Assembly: GCA_045121315.1 (NCBI GenBank)
Contig: JBGVFW010000305.1
Coordinates: 1-61,838, forward strand
Source: Eubacteriales bacterium
Lineage (GTDB): Bacteria; Bacillota; Clostridia; Oscillospirales; CAG-272
DNA: 61,838 nucleotides
Reading direction: 5' to 3'
In this document: positions 9,465 to 21,769 of the stretch, piece after piece
How the letters are laid out: every line of letters starts with the position of its first letter
Numbering within the stretch: position 1 is the stretch's first letter
Notes under the pieces: generated by a model
Databases searched by the model: none
What the model was told of the DNA's origin: nothing
Seen by the model: only the letters and a program-made list of their open reading frames with translations
Made by a program: the position numbers and the translations under genes

Positions 9465-10664
9465 ATGTTAACTATCGATAAAGTTTACGATGCGGCGCGC
9501 GTACTGGAAAACGTGGTGCGCCATACTCAGCTCATAGAAGCGCCCAGGATCAGCGCGGAATGTCGCTGCCGCCTTTACCTCAAGCCCGAAAACCTTCAAG
9601 TAACGGGGTCTTTCAAGGTTCGCGGCTCGGCTTATAAGATATCACAGCTCACGGACGAGGAAAAATCACACGGCGTTATAGCCTGCTCCGCGGGCAACCA
9701 CGCGCAGGGCGTGGCTTTGGCGGCAACGAAGCAGGGCATCAAATCCGTTATCTGCCTTCCCTCCTCCGCTCCCATTTCCAAAGTGGAAGCAACGAAGCGT
9801 TACGGAGCCGAGGTATGCCTTGTTGACGGCGTTTACGACGACGCTTATGCGGAAGCTATCCGCCAAAGAGATGAAAAAGGCTACACGTTCATTCATCCGT
9901 TCGACGATGACGACGTTATCGCGGGACAGGGTACCATTGGTCTTGAGATAATGAACGAGCTTCCCGACGTTGACGTTGTTGTTGTTCCCATCGGCGGCGG
10001 CGGTCTTATTTCCGGCGTTGCATACGCTCTCAAAACGCTCAAGCCTTCCATAAAAATTTACGGTGTTCAGGCGGCGGGCGCACCCTCTATGTTCAATGCG
10101 GTACATACCGGCAAGGCAGAAACTCTTCCCTCCGTTTCCACGTTTGCGGACGGTATAGCGGTTAAATGCCCCGGAGAAAATACTTTTGAATACTGCAAAA
10201 AATACGTTGACGAGATCGTAACCGTTACAGAGGACGAAATATCCGCAGCGATACTCCACCTTATCGAAAATCAGAAGCTCACAGCAGAGGGCGCGGGCGC
10301 GGTTTCCGTTGCCGCTGTCAAATTCGGCAAAGTTCCCGTAGAAGGCAAAAAAGTCGTATGCCTCGTTTCGGGCGGCAACATCGACGTTACCATACTTTCC
10401 CGCGTTATCGAGCGCGGTCTTCACAAGAGTGGAAGAGCCTGCTCCATCGTTATAGAGCTTATCGACAAACCCGGTCAGCTTGAAGCGGTTTCCCACATCA
10501 TCGCAAAATGCGGCGGAAATGTCGTTTCCGTTCACCACGAGCACGGTGACGCACAGGCTGTAAACGGTTGCTTCCTGCGCATCGGCATGGAAACGAAGAG
10601 TTTCGAACATATTGAAGAAATTCGTTCCGCGCTCGTCGCAGAAGGTTTTAAGCTCGTTCAATAA
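9465..10664 (+). CDS. ilvA: Threonine ammonia-lyase (threonine dehydratase) with a C-terminal ACT-like domain
   Basis: SFKVRG PLP-lysine motif and GGGGL loop. GGAGG lies 9 nt upstream of the ATG at 9465. The track start at 9393 would overlap the T-box terminator. Confidence 0.92.
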   Translation: MLTIDKVYDAARVLENVVRHTQLIEAPRISAECRCRLYLKPENLQVTGSFKVRGSAYKISQLTDEEKSHGVIACSAGNHAQGVALAATKQGIKSVICLPSSAPISKVEATKRYGAEVCLVDGVYDDAYAEAIRQRDEKGYTFIHPFDDDDVIAGQGTIGLEIMNELPDVDVVVVPIGGGGLISGVAYALKTLKPSIKIYGVQAAGAPSMFNAVHTGKAETLPSVSTFADGIAVKCPGENTFEYCKKYVDEIVTVTEDEISAAILHLIENQKLTAEGAGAVSVAAVKFGKVPVEGKKVVCLVSGGNIDVTILSRVIERGLHKSGRACSIVIELIDKPGQLEAVSHIIAKCGGNVVSVHHEHGDAQAVNGCFLRIGMETKSFEHIEEIRSALVAEGFKLVQ

Positions 10665-10696
10665 TTTATACATATAATTTATTCGGAGGTTTTACC

Positions 10697-11071
10697 ATGT
10701 CCAAAGTTATTTATACAAAAAATGCACCCGACGCTATCGGTCCCTACTCTCAGGGCGTGATTACAGGCAATATTCTCTTTACATCGGGTCAGATCGCTAT
10801 CAACCCCACAACAGGAAATGTTGAAGCAACTACTATCGAAGAGCAGACAGAGCAGGTCTGCAAAAACATCGGCGCTCTCCTCGCCGAAGCAGGCGTATCC
10901 TTTGAAAACGTTGTGAAAACGACTTGTTTCCTCGCAGATATGGGCGATTTCGCCGCTTTCAACGCAGTTTACGGAAAATATTTTGTTTCCAAACCCGCAC
11001 GCTCCTGCGTAGCGGTTAAAACGCTCCCCAAAAACGTTCTCTGTGAAGTAGAAGTTATCGCGGAAATATAA
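10697..11071 (+). CDS. ridA: RidA (YjgF/UK114) enamine/imine deaminase
   Basis: APDAIGPYSQG...TSGQI...CFLADM..F..N.VY...PARS.V motifs. 124 aa. Confidence 0.93.
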   Translation: MSKVIYTKNAPDAIGPYSQGVITGNILFTSGQIAINPTTGNVEATTIEEQTEQVCKNIGALLAEAGVSFENVVKTTCFLADMGDFAAFNAVYGKYFVSKPARSCVAVKTLPKNVLCEVEVIAEI

Positions 11072-11115
11072 AAATTCTATAAAGCGTGCTCACACACCGC
11101 GCGTGTGTCTGCACG

Positions 11116-11140
11116 GTAGGGGAGGGGCTTGCTCTCCCGC
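11116..11140. repeat. REP-like GTAG + GC-hairpin element
   Basis: GTAGGGGAGGGGCTTGCTCTCCCGC. Confidence 0.55.
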
Positions 11141-11142
11141 GC

Positions 11143-11173
11143 AAAAAAGCAGTTGCTCTCGCAACTGCTTTTT
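11143..11173. terminator. Bidirectional intrinsic terminator (ridA / epimerase gene)
   Basis: AAAAAA-GCAGTTGC-TCTC-GCAACTGC-TTTTT. Confidence 0.85.
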
Positions 11174-11176
11174 AAT

Positions 11177-12019
11177 TTATACCTCGACCGTTATCGGGAA
11201 AACGAACGTCTTTCCTGCTTCAAGGGAAACTATACCTTTTTTCTCTGCCAAAGCTTCCACGGGAACGCACTCATCCGCGCCGTGCCATGGCTCTATGCAA
11301 ACGAAATTTGCGCCGGGTTTTGCCCAAAGCCAAAGATGTGGCACTTCGCCGAAGTGCATCTTCACCTGCGACTCGCCATCGCGCACAAGGCTAATCCCCT
11401 CCGATGCGACCGCAGGGAAGCAAAGCGAGCCGCTTTCAAAAAATTCTTTTGTCAAAATAATCTCGTCGCTGTCGTTCATAACGACGGGCGCAACGTTTTC
11501 GTTTGGTCTGTCCGCTTCGTTAAAAAAGAGAGCCGTCACGTTTTCTTTCTTTTCAAACACGATCTTATCTCCGAACTCACAGAAGAAGCCTGGGTGCGCA
11601 CCGAGGGAAAAATACATCGTGTCATCGCCCTTGTTTTCCACCTCATAGGAAAAAGCGAGCTTTCTGCCGTCAAGCGTAAATCTCGCGCGGAAAACGAAAT
11701 CGAAAGGATACATCGCCTTTATCCTTTCGTCGGGGCAAAGCGCGAGCACAAGCCCATTTTCCGTCTTTTCCTCTACGGAAAATTCGCCGTCCCTCGCAAA
11801 GCCGTGTTTCGGCATGGGATAGCGCTCTCCTTTATAAATATACCCGTCTGTATACATCTTGCCAACAGCGGGGAAAAGCACGGGAGCTGTCCTTCCCCAG
11901 ACGGCAGGGTCGGCCTGCCAAAGATATTCTCTGCCCGTGCAAACGTCGCAAAGGCTTCTCATCTGGGCGCCGTGTTCATCTATGCAAAGAGAAATCGTTC
12001 CGTTATCTATTTTTATCAT
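11177..12019 (-). CDS. Aldose 1-epimerase (galactose mutarotase-like) family protein
   Basis: LWQADP..W.R.APVLFP.VG...Y.MP.HGFAR...FSLG.HPGF pattern. ATG at 12019 follows GGAAGTGA. Confidence 0.8.
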   Translation of the reverse strand: MIKIDNGTISLCIDEHGAQMRSLCDVCTGREYLWQADPAVWGRTAPVLFPAVGKMYTDGYIYKGERYPMPKHGFARDGEFSVEEKTENGLVLALCPDERIKAMYPFDFVFRARFTLDGRKLAFSYEVENKGDDTMYFSLGAHPGFFCEFGDKIVFEKKENVTALFFNEADRPNENVAPVVMNDSDEIILTKEFFESGSLCFPAVASEGISLVRDGESQVKMHFGEVPHLWLWAKPGANFVCIEPWHGADECVPVEALAEKKGIVSLEAGKTFVFPITVEV

Positions 12020-12145
12020 AATTATCACTTCCGTATTTTTTATGAATATTTTACCACAAAAGCATATTTTTTTCAATACGTACGAAAAAAACGGTGTCCA
12101 TGCAAAATTTTTTCCGCGATTTTGTTAAAAAAGATGCAAAAAGGC

Positions 12146-12174
12146 TTGACTTTTTGCCCGCAGTTTGATATATT
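12146..12174 (+). promoter_or_regulatory. Sigma-70-type promoter for the ilv-leu operon leader
   Basis: TTGACT, 17 nt, TATATT, with a TGn extended -10. Confidence 0.7.
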
Positions 12175-12222
12175 AAATGTTAATCAAAATGATGATTTAA
12201 TTTTTGCACGGGAGAAATAACA

Positions 12223-12330
12223 ATGAGTTACGCTTACGCGATTAACTGCATAATTATTAGCGCTATCGTCCTAACTGCTTGTACAGTTAAAGATAGCGTT
12301 AAAAGTCATGTCATGGATCGCAAGGTGTAA
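12223..12330 (+). CDS. Candidate 35-aa ilv leader peptide (MSYAYAINCIIISAIVLTACTVKDSVKSHVMDRKV)
   Basis: Absent from the ORF track because it is under 60 aa. GGAGAAA RBS 6 nt upstream. 11 of 35 codons are Ile/Val/Leu, with 7 of 11 in the run I-N-C-I-I-I-S-A-I-V-L. It sits between the promoter and a terminator, directly upstream of ilvB. Confidence 0.5.
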   Translation: MSYAYAINCIIISAIVLTACTVKDSVKSHVMDRKV

Positions 12331-12398
12331 ACTTTTATTTTTACGGACGGAATTTCTGTTAAACGCTTTCCGTAAATATAGATTTTTTACGATCTTTT

Positions 12399-12438
12399 CG
12401 CCTATGGTTAGCTTTTAGCCATGGGCGTTTATTTTTTT
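12399..12438 (+). terminator. Attenuator-type intrinsic terminator upstream of ilvB
   Basis: CGCCTATGG/CCATGGGCG stem (one G-U pair) followed by TTTATTTTTTT. It lies 27 nt before the ilvB ATG. Confidence 0.7.
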
Positions 12439-12464
12439 CCGAATACAATTATCAGGAGGCACTA

Positions 12465-14126
12465 ATGAAAATCGCAGGTTCAGATATACTCGTAGAAACT
12501 CTCATCGAGCAAGGAACCGAAGTTGTTTTCGGTTACCCCGGCGGGCAGGTTCTTAATATATACGATTCTCTCTACCTCAAATCTGACAGAATTAAACACG
12601 TTATCTCCGCTCACGAACAGGGCGCCGCTCACGCGGCGGACGGTTACGCAAGAGCAACGGGCAAAGTCGGCGTAGTTATCGCAACGTCCGGCCCCGGAGC
12701 CACAAACCTCGTAACGGGTCTTGCAAACGCAATGCTCGATTCCGTCCCCATGGTTGCCATAACAGGCAACGTTCCCTGCAGCTTGCTTGGACGCGACAGT
12801 TTCCAGGAGGTTGACATCGTAGGTATCACCATCCCCGTAACGAAGCACAACTTCATGGTTACGAAAACGGAAGACCTCGCAGACACCATAAGAGAGGCTT
12901 TCCGCATTGCAAAATCCGGCAGACCCGGCCCCGTCCTTGTGGCTATCCCCAAGGACGTTCAGATCAAAACGGCAGATTACGAGCCTCAGGCGGTAGTTGA
13001 GCCCTTCGCCCTTCCCAAAGCAAGCGAAGAGGATATCGACAAAGCCGTTGCTATGATAGCCGAAAGCAAAAAGCCCTACATATACGTCGGCGGCGGTATC
13101 ATTTCCGCAAATGCGGAAGAATTTGTACCCGCTCTCGCCGATAAAATAGACGCTTTCGTCGGCTGCAGCATCATGGGTCTTACTTCCATTCCCGATTCTA
13201 ACCCCCGCAAGCTCGGCATGACCGGTATGCACGGCAACGCCGCGGCTTCCATGGCTAAAAACAACGCCGACCTCGTTATAACACTCGGCGCGCGCTTCTC
13301 CGACAGAGCAACGGGCAATGTTGCAAAATTCTGCAAAGGCGCAAAGATCATTCATATCGACGTTGACGCCGCCGAGATCGGCAAAAACGTAAATGTTGAC
13401 CTCGGTATCCACGGCGACGTGCGCGATGCGCTCTCCCGCATACTTGCAAAAGTATCGGAAAGCTCTCACCCCGCTTGGCAGGAGGAAGTGGAAGGACTTA
13501 AAAAGTTCGCCGCAGAAAACTCCGCAAAGCAGATCGGCGCGCTCACCCCTTACGAGGTTATCGAAGCAGCCAACTCATATCTTTCCGCCGACGCTCCCGT
13601 CGCAACAGACGTTGGTCAGCACCAGATGTGGACAGCGCAGAAGTACAGTTTTGAACGTCCCCGCACATTCCTCACAAGCGGCGGTTTGGGTACAATGGGG
13701 TTCGGCATGGGTGCCGCTATAGGCGGCTGCATTGCCACAGGCAAAAGAACCATTCTCTTCACGGGCGACGGCAGCTTCGGCATGAACCTCAACGAAATGG
13801 CGACGGCAGTTTCACAAAAGCTCCCCCTCATTATCGTTGTTCTCAATAACGGCGTTCTCGGCATGGTTCGTCAGTGGCAGAAAGCGTTCTATAACGAACA
13901 TTACTCCCAGACGACGCTTGAACGCAAAACGGACTTCCCCGCCCTTGCCCGCGCGTTCGGTGCGGAAGGCTATTCGGCTGCAACGCTCGAAGAGTTTCAC
14001 GCAGCAATGAAAGCGGCGATGAACACGGAAGGTCCTGTTCTTATCGACTGCGCTATCGACATGGACGAGCGCGTGCTCCCCATGATCCCCCCCGGCGGCG
14101 CTATCGAAAACATGATACTTTCTTAA
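12465..14126 (+). CDS. ilvB: Acetolactate synthase large subunit
   Basis: ThDP-enzyme motifs (GYPGG, GPGATN, GGLGTMGFG...GDGSF.MN). 553 aa. Confidence 0.95.
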   Translation: MKIAGSDILVETLIEQGTEVVFGYPGGQVLNIYDSLYLKSDRIKHVISAHEQGAAHAADGYARATGKVGVVIATSGPGATNLVTGLANAMLDSVPMVAITGNVPCSLLGRDSFQEVDIVGITIPVTKHNFMVTKTEDLADTIREAFRIAKSGRPGPVLVAIPKDVQIKTADYEPQAVVEPFALPKASEEDIDKAVAMIAESKKPYIYVGGGIISANAEEFVPALADKIDAFVGCSIMGLTSIPDSNPRKLGMTGMHGNAAASMAKNNADLVITLGARFSDRATGNVAKFCKGAKIIHIDVDAAEIGKNVNVDLGIHGDVRDALSRILAKVSESSHPAWQEEVEGLKKFAAENSAKQIGALTPYEVIEAANSYLSADAPVATDVGQHQMWTAQKYSFERPRTFLTSGGLGTMGFGMGAAIGGCIATGKRTILFTGDGSFGMNLNEMATAVSQKLPLIIVVLNNGVLGMVRQWQKAFYNEHYSQTTLERKTDFPALARAFGAEGYSAATLEEFHAAMKAAMNTEGPVLIDCAIDMDERVLPMIPPGGAIENMILS

Positions 14127-14142
14127 AGGAGGACAAAAAGAA

Positions 14143-14379
14143 ATGGCAAGCAATGAAAAGATAAACCTTACGCTCTCCGTGGCAAACAGATTCGGCGTTC
14201 TCGTTCGCATTTCCGAATTGTTCGCCCGCAGAGGTTTCAACATCAGTTCACTTGAAGTTCACGAAACAGCGGACCCCGCGGTTTCCGAAATGACCATCTC
14301 CGTTTACGGCGACGAGTACATTCACTACCAGCTCTTAAAGCAGCTCGGCAAACTGCACGACGTCATTTCCATAAGCTAA
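14143..14379 (+). CDS. ilvN: Acetolactate synthase small subunit, minimal ACT-only form
   Basis: LSV.NRFGVL.RIS.LF.RRGFNI.SL ACT signature. Only 78 aa. AGGAGG RBS. Confidence 0.8.
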   Translation: MASNEKINLTLSVANRFGVLVRISELFARRGFNISSLEVHETADPAVSEMTISVYGDEYIHYQLLKQLGKLHDVISIS

Positions 14380-14450
14380 AGTGGGCACCATATAACATTT
14401 GCGCACCATATATTTTTATATAAATTTAATTTTTACTCACAAGGAGATAA

Positions 14451-17119
<2,669 letters not shown>

Positions 17120-17131
17120 AACGATATGATC

Positions 17132-17159
17132 GTAGGGAGGGGCTCGCTCCTCCCGCTAC
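17132..17159. repeat. REP-like GTAG + GC-hairpin element in the ilvD-leuA spacer
   Basis: GTAGGGAGGGGCTCGCTCCTCCCGCTAC. Confidence 0.55.
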
Positions 17160-17196
17160 ATCAAAAACAATTTATAAAAATTTCAAAGGATCAAAC

Positions 17197-18708
17197 ATGA
17201 AACAGGTAAAAATTTTCGACACGACGCTGCGTGACGGAGAACAATCTCCCGGTTGCAGCATGAACCTTCAGGAAAAGCTCGAAGTTGCGCACGCACTTGA
17301 AAAGCTCAAAGTCGATGTTATCGAGGCGGGATTTGCCATATCCTCTCCCGGAGATTTTGAGTCCGTTAAGAGCATTGCCGAAGCCGTTCATGATTGCACC
17401 GTCGCCTCTCTCGCACGTCTTAACATCAAAGATATAGACGCGGCTTATGAAGCCGTAAGAGGCGCCGCTGACCCCAGAATCCACGTATTCATCGCAACCT
17501 CCCCCCTCCACTTGGAGTATAAGCTCAAAATGACGGAAGAACAGGTTCTCGAAAAAACAGAGAAGCTCGTAGCTTACGCTAAAAATTACTGCTCCAACAT
17601 TCAGTTCTCTGCAGAAGATGCAACTAGAAGCGACCGCGTTTTCCTTGCGAAAGTCGTTGACACGGCTATCCGCGCGGGCGCAACGACAATCAACATTCCC
17701 GACACGGTAGGATATACGACTCCCGCAGAAATGCAGGACCTCATCGCATACCTCCTTGCAAACGTTGAAAATTCCGACAAAGTAGATTTCGCGGTTCATT
17801 GCCACAACGACCTCGGCTTGGGTGTTGCAAACTCCCTTGCCGGCGTTCTCGGTGGTGCTACGCAGATCGAATGTACGATAAACGGTCTTGGCGAACGCGC
17901 GGGCAACACATCTCTTGAAGAAGTTGTCATGGCTATGCGCACACGTCACGACATTTATAAAAATCCCCCCCGTATCGACACAACGAAGATATACAACACA
18001 TCTAAGCTCGTATATAACATCATCGGTCAGACACCCGCGCTCAATAAGCCTATCGTAGGCGCAAACGCTTTTGCGCACGAATCCGGTATCCACCAGCACG
18101 GCGTTCTTGCCAACAGAAGCACGTACGAGATCATGACACCCGAATCCGTCGGCATCACCACAAACAAGATAGTCCTCGGCAAACATTCGGGCAAGCACGC
18201 ATTCGATGCTCGCCTTCGCGAGCTCGGCTACGAGCTTTCAGAAGAAGAACTTCTCGATTGCTTTGAAAAATTCAAAGTCCTCTGCGACAAGAAAAAATCC
18301 GTTTCCGACAGCGATCTCCGCGCTCTCGTAACACACAAGAAGAGAGTTGTGGAAAACGCAAAATATCAGCTCGACCGTTTCTACGTTCACGCAAGCAACG
18401 TTCTTTCCGCAACGAGCACGGTTCGCCTGAAGCTGGCAAACGGCACCGTCGTAGAAGACGCGGCTGTGGGCAACGGCCCTGTTGACGCTTCCTACAACGC
18501 TGTAAAGAAGCTCATCAACCCTCCCGCTCACACTCTCGAAAAATACTCCATCAACGCGGTTTCCGAAGGCAAAGACTCTCTCGGCGAAGCTATCGTTAAG
18601 ATCAAGACCGAAGACAGCGACGAGCTCATCTCCGGACGCGGTCTTTCCACAGACATCGTTGAAGCAAGTATCCTTGCTTACATAAACGCGCTCGAAAAAA
18701 TTATTTAA
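17197..18708 (+). CDS. leuA: 2-isopropylmalate synthase
   Basis: DTTLRDGEQSPG...HCHNDLGL...HESGIHQ motifs. 503 aa with a regulatory C-terminal domain. Confidence 0.95.
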   Translation: MKQVKIFDTTLRDGEQSPGCSMNLQEKLEVAHALEKLKVDVIEAGFAISSPGDFESVKSIAEAVHDCTVASLARLNIKDIDAAYEAVRGAADPRIHVFIATSPLHLEYKLKMTEEQVLEKTEKLVAYAKNYCSNIQFSAEDATRSDRVFLAKVVDTAIRAGATTINIPDTVGYTTPAEMQDLIAYLLANVENSDKVDFAVHCHNDLGLGVANSLAGVLGGATQIECTINGLGERAGNTSLEEVVMAMRTRHDIYKNPPRIDTTKIYNTSKLVYNIIGQTPALNKPIVGANAFAHESGIHQHGVLANRSTYEIMTPESVGITTNKIVLGKHSGKHAFDARLRELGYELSEEELLDCFEKFKVLCDKKKSVSDSDLRALVTHKKRVVENAKYQLDRFYVHASNVLSATSTVRLKLANGTVVEDAAVGNGPVDASYNAVKKLINPPAHTLEKYSINAVSEGKDSLGEAIVKIKTEDSDELISGRGLSTDIVEASILAYINALEKII

Positions 18709-18722
18709 AATTCAAATCACCT

Positions 18723-18755
18723 TTTGCCTCCTTCCCTCTTCGGGAAGGAGGCAAA
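18723..18755 (+). other. Intercistronic 14-bp stem-loop (leuA-leuC spacer)
   Basis: TTTGCCTCCTTCCC-TCTTC-GGGAAGGAGGCAAA with no U-tract. A related hairpin lies at 59003-59031. Confidence 0.6.
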
Positions 18756-18783
18756 CACTCACCATTTAAGGAGAACAAACACA

Positions 18784-20049
18784 ATGGGAATGACCATGAC
18801 GCAAAAGATACTCGCGCGCGCCGCGGGGCTTGAGTCCGTTTCCGCAGGTCAGCTTATTTTGGCTAACCTCAACCTTGTGCTCGGAAACGATATCACCTCC
18901 CCCGTTGCTATCCGCGAATATAATAAACTCGGCGGCGATGTTTTCAACAAAGATAAGATCGCCATGGTAATGGACCACTTTGCGCCCAACAAAGATATAA
19001 AAGCGGCAGAACAGTGCAAAATGTGCCGCGAATTTGCAGGAGAACAGAGCATCACCAACTTCTATGACGTTGGCGAAATGGGCATTGAACACGCGCTCCT
19101 GCCCGAAAAAGGACTTGTTAAGAGCGGCGACGTAGTTATCGGCGCGGACTCTCACACTTGCACATACGGCGCTTTGGGAGCTTTCTCCACAGGCGTCGGC
19201 TCCACGGACATGGCTTGCGGCATGGCAACGGGCAAAGCTTGGTTTAAAGTGCCTTCCGCAATCAGATTCGTGCTCAAGGGCGAGCTCCCCGAATACGTTT
19301 CGGGCAAGGACGTTATCCTCCACATCATCGGCAAGATAGGCGTTGACGGCGCGCTCTACCGCTCTATGGAGTTCACAGGAGAGGGTATGCACTCCCTTTC
19401 CATGGACGACAGACTTTGCATGGCTAATATGGCTATCGAAGCAGGCGCGAAAAACGGCGTTTTCGAAGTTGACGACAAAACTATCGAATACATGAAGAAC
19501 GCCGGCGCAGGCGAGCCCGTCATCTTCACAGCTGACGAAGACGCCGTTTATGACGAAACTTATGAGATCGACCTTTCCGCGCTTGAACCCACGGTCTCTT
19601 TCCCCCACCTCCCCGAAAACACAAGAGAGATCGGTGACTGCGGCGACGTTAAGATCGACCAGGTAGTTATCGGTTCCTGTACGAACGGCAGATTTTCCGA
19701 CCTGGAGATTGCCGCAAAGATTCTCAAAGGCAAAAAGGTTGCAAAAGGCGTCCGCGCGATAATCATTCCCGCAACGCAGAAGATATACCTTGAAGCCATG
19801 GAAAAAGGTTACCTTAAAACATTTATCGAAGCAGGCGCAATAGTTTCCACGCCTACGTGCGGTCCTTGCCTCGGCGGTCATATGGGCATCCTCGCAGAGG
19901 GTGAACGCGCCGTTGCAACGACGAACAGAAACTTCGTCGGCAGAATGGGTCACGTTAAATCCGAGGTTTACCTTGCAAGCCCTGCAGTTGCCGCCGCAAG
20001 CGCGATAATGGGCAAAATCGCAGACCCCAGGGAGGTAATGAAAAAATGA
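18784..20049 (+). CDS. leuC: 3-isopropylmalate dehydratase large subunit
   Basis: MTQKIL...DSHTCT...GSCTNGR...CGPCLG aconitase-family motifs. AAGGAG lies 10 nt before the ATG at 18784. Confidence 0.95.
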   Translation: MGMTMTQKILARAAGLESVSAGQLILANLNLVLGNDITSPVAIREYNKLGGDVFNKDKIAMVMDHFAPNKDIKAAEQCKMCREFAGEQSITNFYDVGEMGIEHALLPEKGLVKSGDVVIGADSHTCTYGALGAFSTGVGSTDMACGMATGKAWFKVPSAIRFVLKGELPEYVSGKDVILHIIGKIGVDGALYRSMEFTGEGMHSLSMDDRLCMANMAIEAGAKNGVFEVDDKTIEYMKNAGAGEPVIFTADEDAVYDETYEIDLSALEPTVSFPHLPENTREIGDCGDVKIDQVVIGSCTNGRFSDLEIAAKILKGKKVAKGVRAIIIPATQKIYLEAMEKGYLKTFIEAGAIVSTPTCGPCLGGHMGILAEGERAVATTNRNFVGRMGHVKSEVYLASPAVAAASAIMGKIADPREVMKK

Positions 20050-20540
20050 ATTTTGACGGAAAAGTTATAAAATACGGCGATAACGTAGACACAGACGTTA
20101 TCATTCCCGCAAGATACCTCAACACTATCGACAAAAAAGAGCTTGCTTCCCACTGCATGGAAGACCTTGACCCCACTTTCGTAAAAAGAGTAGTTCCCGG
20201 CGACATCATGGTTGCGGGCTACAACTTCGGCTGCGGCTCCTCCCGCGAGCACGCGCCTATGGTCATCAAGGAAAGCGCTGTTTCCGTCGTTATCGCAAAG
20301 AGCTTTGCGCGTATATTCTACCGCAACGCTATCAACATCGGTCTTCCCATCGTTGAATGTCCCGAAGCCGTTGACGAAATAAGCGAAGGCGACGTTCTCT
20401 CCTGCGACCTTTCCGCGGGCATCATCACGAACAAGACCACGGGCAAGCAGTATAAAACAGAGCCTTTCCCCGCTTTCATCAACTCCATCATCGAAGCAGG
20501 CGGTCTTATCGAAGCCATCAAACAGGGCAAGATAAAATAA
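20046..20540 (+). CDS. leuD: 3-isopropylmalate dehydratase small subunit
   Basis: GDNVDTD.IIPARYL...[12 protein letters not shown] motifs. ATGA overlap with leuC. Confidence 0.95.
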   Translation: MNFDGKVIKYGDNVDTDVIIPARYLNTIDKKELASHCMEDLDPTFVKRVVPGDIMVAGYNFGCGSSREHAPMVIKESAVSVVIAKSFARIFYRNAINIGLPIVECPEAVDEISEGDVLSCDLSAGIITNKTTGKQYKTEPFPAFINSIIEAGGLIEAIKQGKIK

Positions 20541-20674
20541 GTCGCTTTTCAAAAAAGGCAACGCAAAAGCTTTACTCAAATCCCCGTATAAGCTTTGCGA
20601 AATTTATGAATATATGATATACCGCTTTCCTCACAAATTCCATGTTGCAAAATAATACATTGAGGTAACTTCAT

Positions 20675-21751
20675 ATGAATTACAATATAGCTCTTCTTCG
20701 CGGCGACGGTATCGGTCCCGAAATCGTGGACAGCGCCTGCGAAGTCCTCACAAAGGTCGGTGAAATTTACGGTCATACGTTTAAATTCACTCCTTATCTC
20801 ATCGGCGGCGCCGCGCTCGATGCCTGCGGCATTCCGCTTCCCGAAGAAACGGTAAAAGGCTGCAAAGAGTCTGACAGCGTTCTCCTCGGTGCTGTCGGCG
20901 GTCCCAAATGGGATACGCTCCCCGGCAATATGCGCCCTGAAAAGGCGCTCCTCGGTATTCGCTCCGCTCTCGGTCTTTACACGAATATCCGCCCCGCGAA
21001 GCTCTTCTCCGCTATGTCGGACGCTTGCCTTTTGCGCAAAGACGTTGCAGAGCGCGGCGTTGACATCGTTATGATACGTGAGCTTACGGGCGGCATCTAT
21101 TTCGGTGAACGCGGCAGACGCGAGGGTAAATACGGTCCCGAAGCATACGACACGGAATGTTACAGCGAAATGGAGATCGAAAGAATCGCTCACGTCGCTT
21201 TCAAAACGGCTATGCTTCGCAGAAAGAAAGTCGTAAGCATCGACAAAGCGAACGTTCTTGAAAGCTCTCGTCTTTGGAGAGCGACTGTTCACAGAATTGC
21301 CGAACAGTACCCCGAAGTTGAATGTACAGATATGCTCGTTGACAACGCGGCAATGCAGCTTATCAAAAATCCCGCGCAGTTCGACGTTATCGTAACTACG
21401 AATATGTTCGGTGATATCCTTTCCGACGAATCCTCTCAGATAACGGGTTCCATCGGTCTTCTCCCCTCCGCTTCTCTCGGCGACACGACGTGTGGTATGT
21501 ACGAACCTATTCACGGTTCCGCGCCCGACATCGCGGGGCAGAACAAAGCAAACCCCATTGCAACGATCCTTTCCGCGGCAATGATGCTCCGTTACTCTTT
21601 CGGCCTTGAAACAGAAGCGGTCTCTATCGAAAAAGCCGTGGAGGACGTTCTCAATGCAGGTTTCCGCACAGGCGATATTCTCGGCGCTTCCGACGCTGAG
21701 CCACTTTCCTGCACGGGCATGACGGCAAAGATACTTGAATATATAAAATGA
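20675..21751 (+). CDS. leuB: 3-isopropylmalate dehydrogenase
   Basis: [10 protein letters not shown]...NMFGDILSD...HGSAPDIAG motifs. Confidence 0.95.
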   Translation: MNYNIALLRGDGIGPEIVDSACEVLTKVGEIYGHTFKFTPYLIGGAALDACGIPLPEETVKGCKESDSVLLGAVGGPKWDTLPGNMRPEKALLGIRSALGLYTNIRPAKLFSAMSDACLLRKDVAERGVDIVMIRELTGGIYFGERGRREGKYGPEAYDTECYSEMEIERIAHVAFKTAMLRRKKVVSIDKANVLESSRLWRATVHRIAEQYPEVECTDMLVDNAAMQLIKNPAQFDVIVTTNMFGDILSDESSQITGSIGLLPSASLGDTTCGMYEPIHGSAPDIAGQNKANPIATILSAAMMLRYSFGLETEAVSIEKAVEDVLNAGFRTGDILGASDAEPLSCTGMTAKILEYIK

Positions 21752-21769
21752 AAGTGAAGTGTATTTTCT

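Noticed and set aside
12223-12330. Alternative reading of the ilv leader ORF as a tiny lipoprotein (VLTAC resembles a lipobox).
   Set aside because: There is no positively charged n-region, the mature part would be only 16 aa, and the promoter-sORF-terminator-ilvB context fits attenuation better. It is kept as a caveat and is not excluded.
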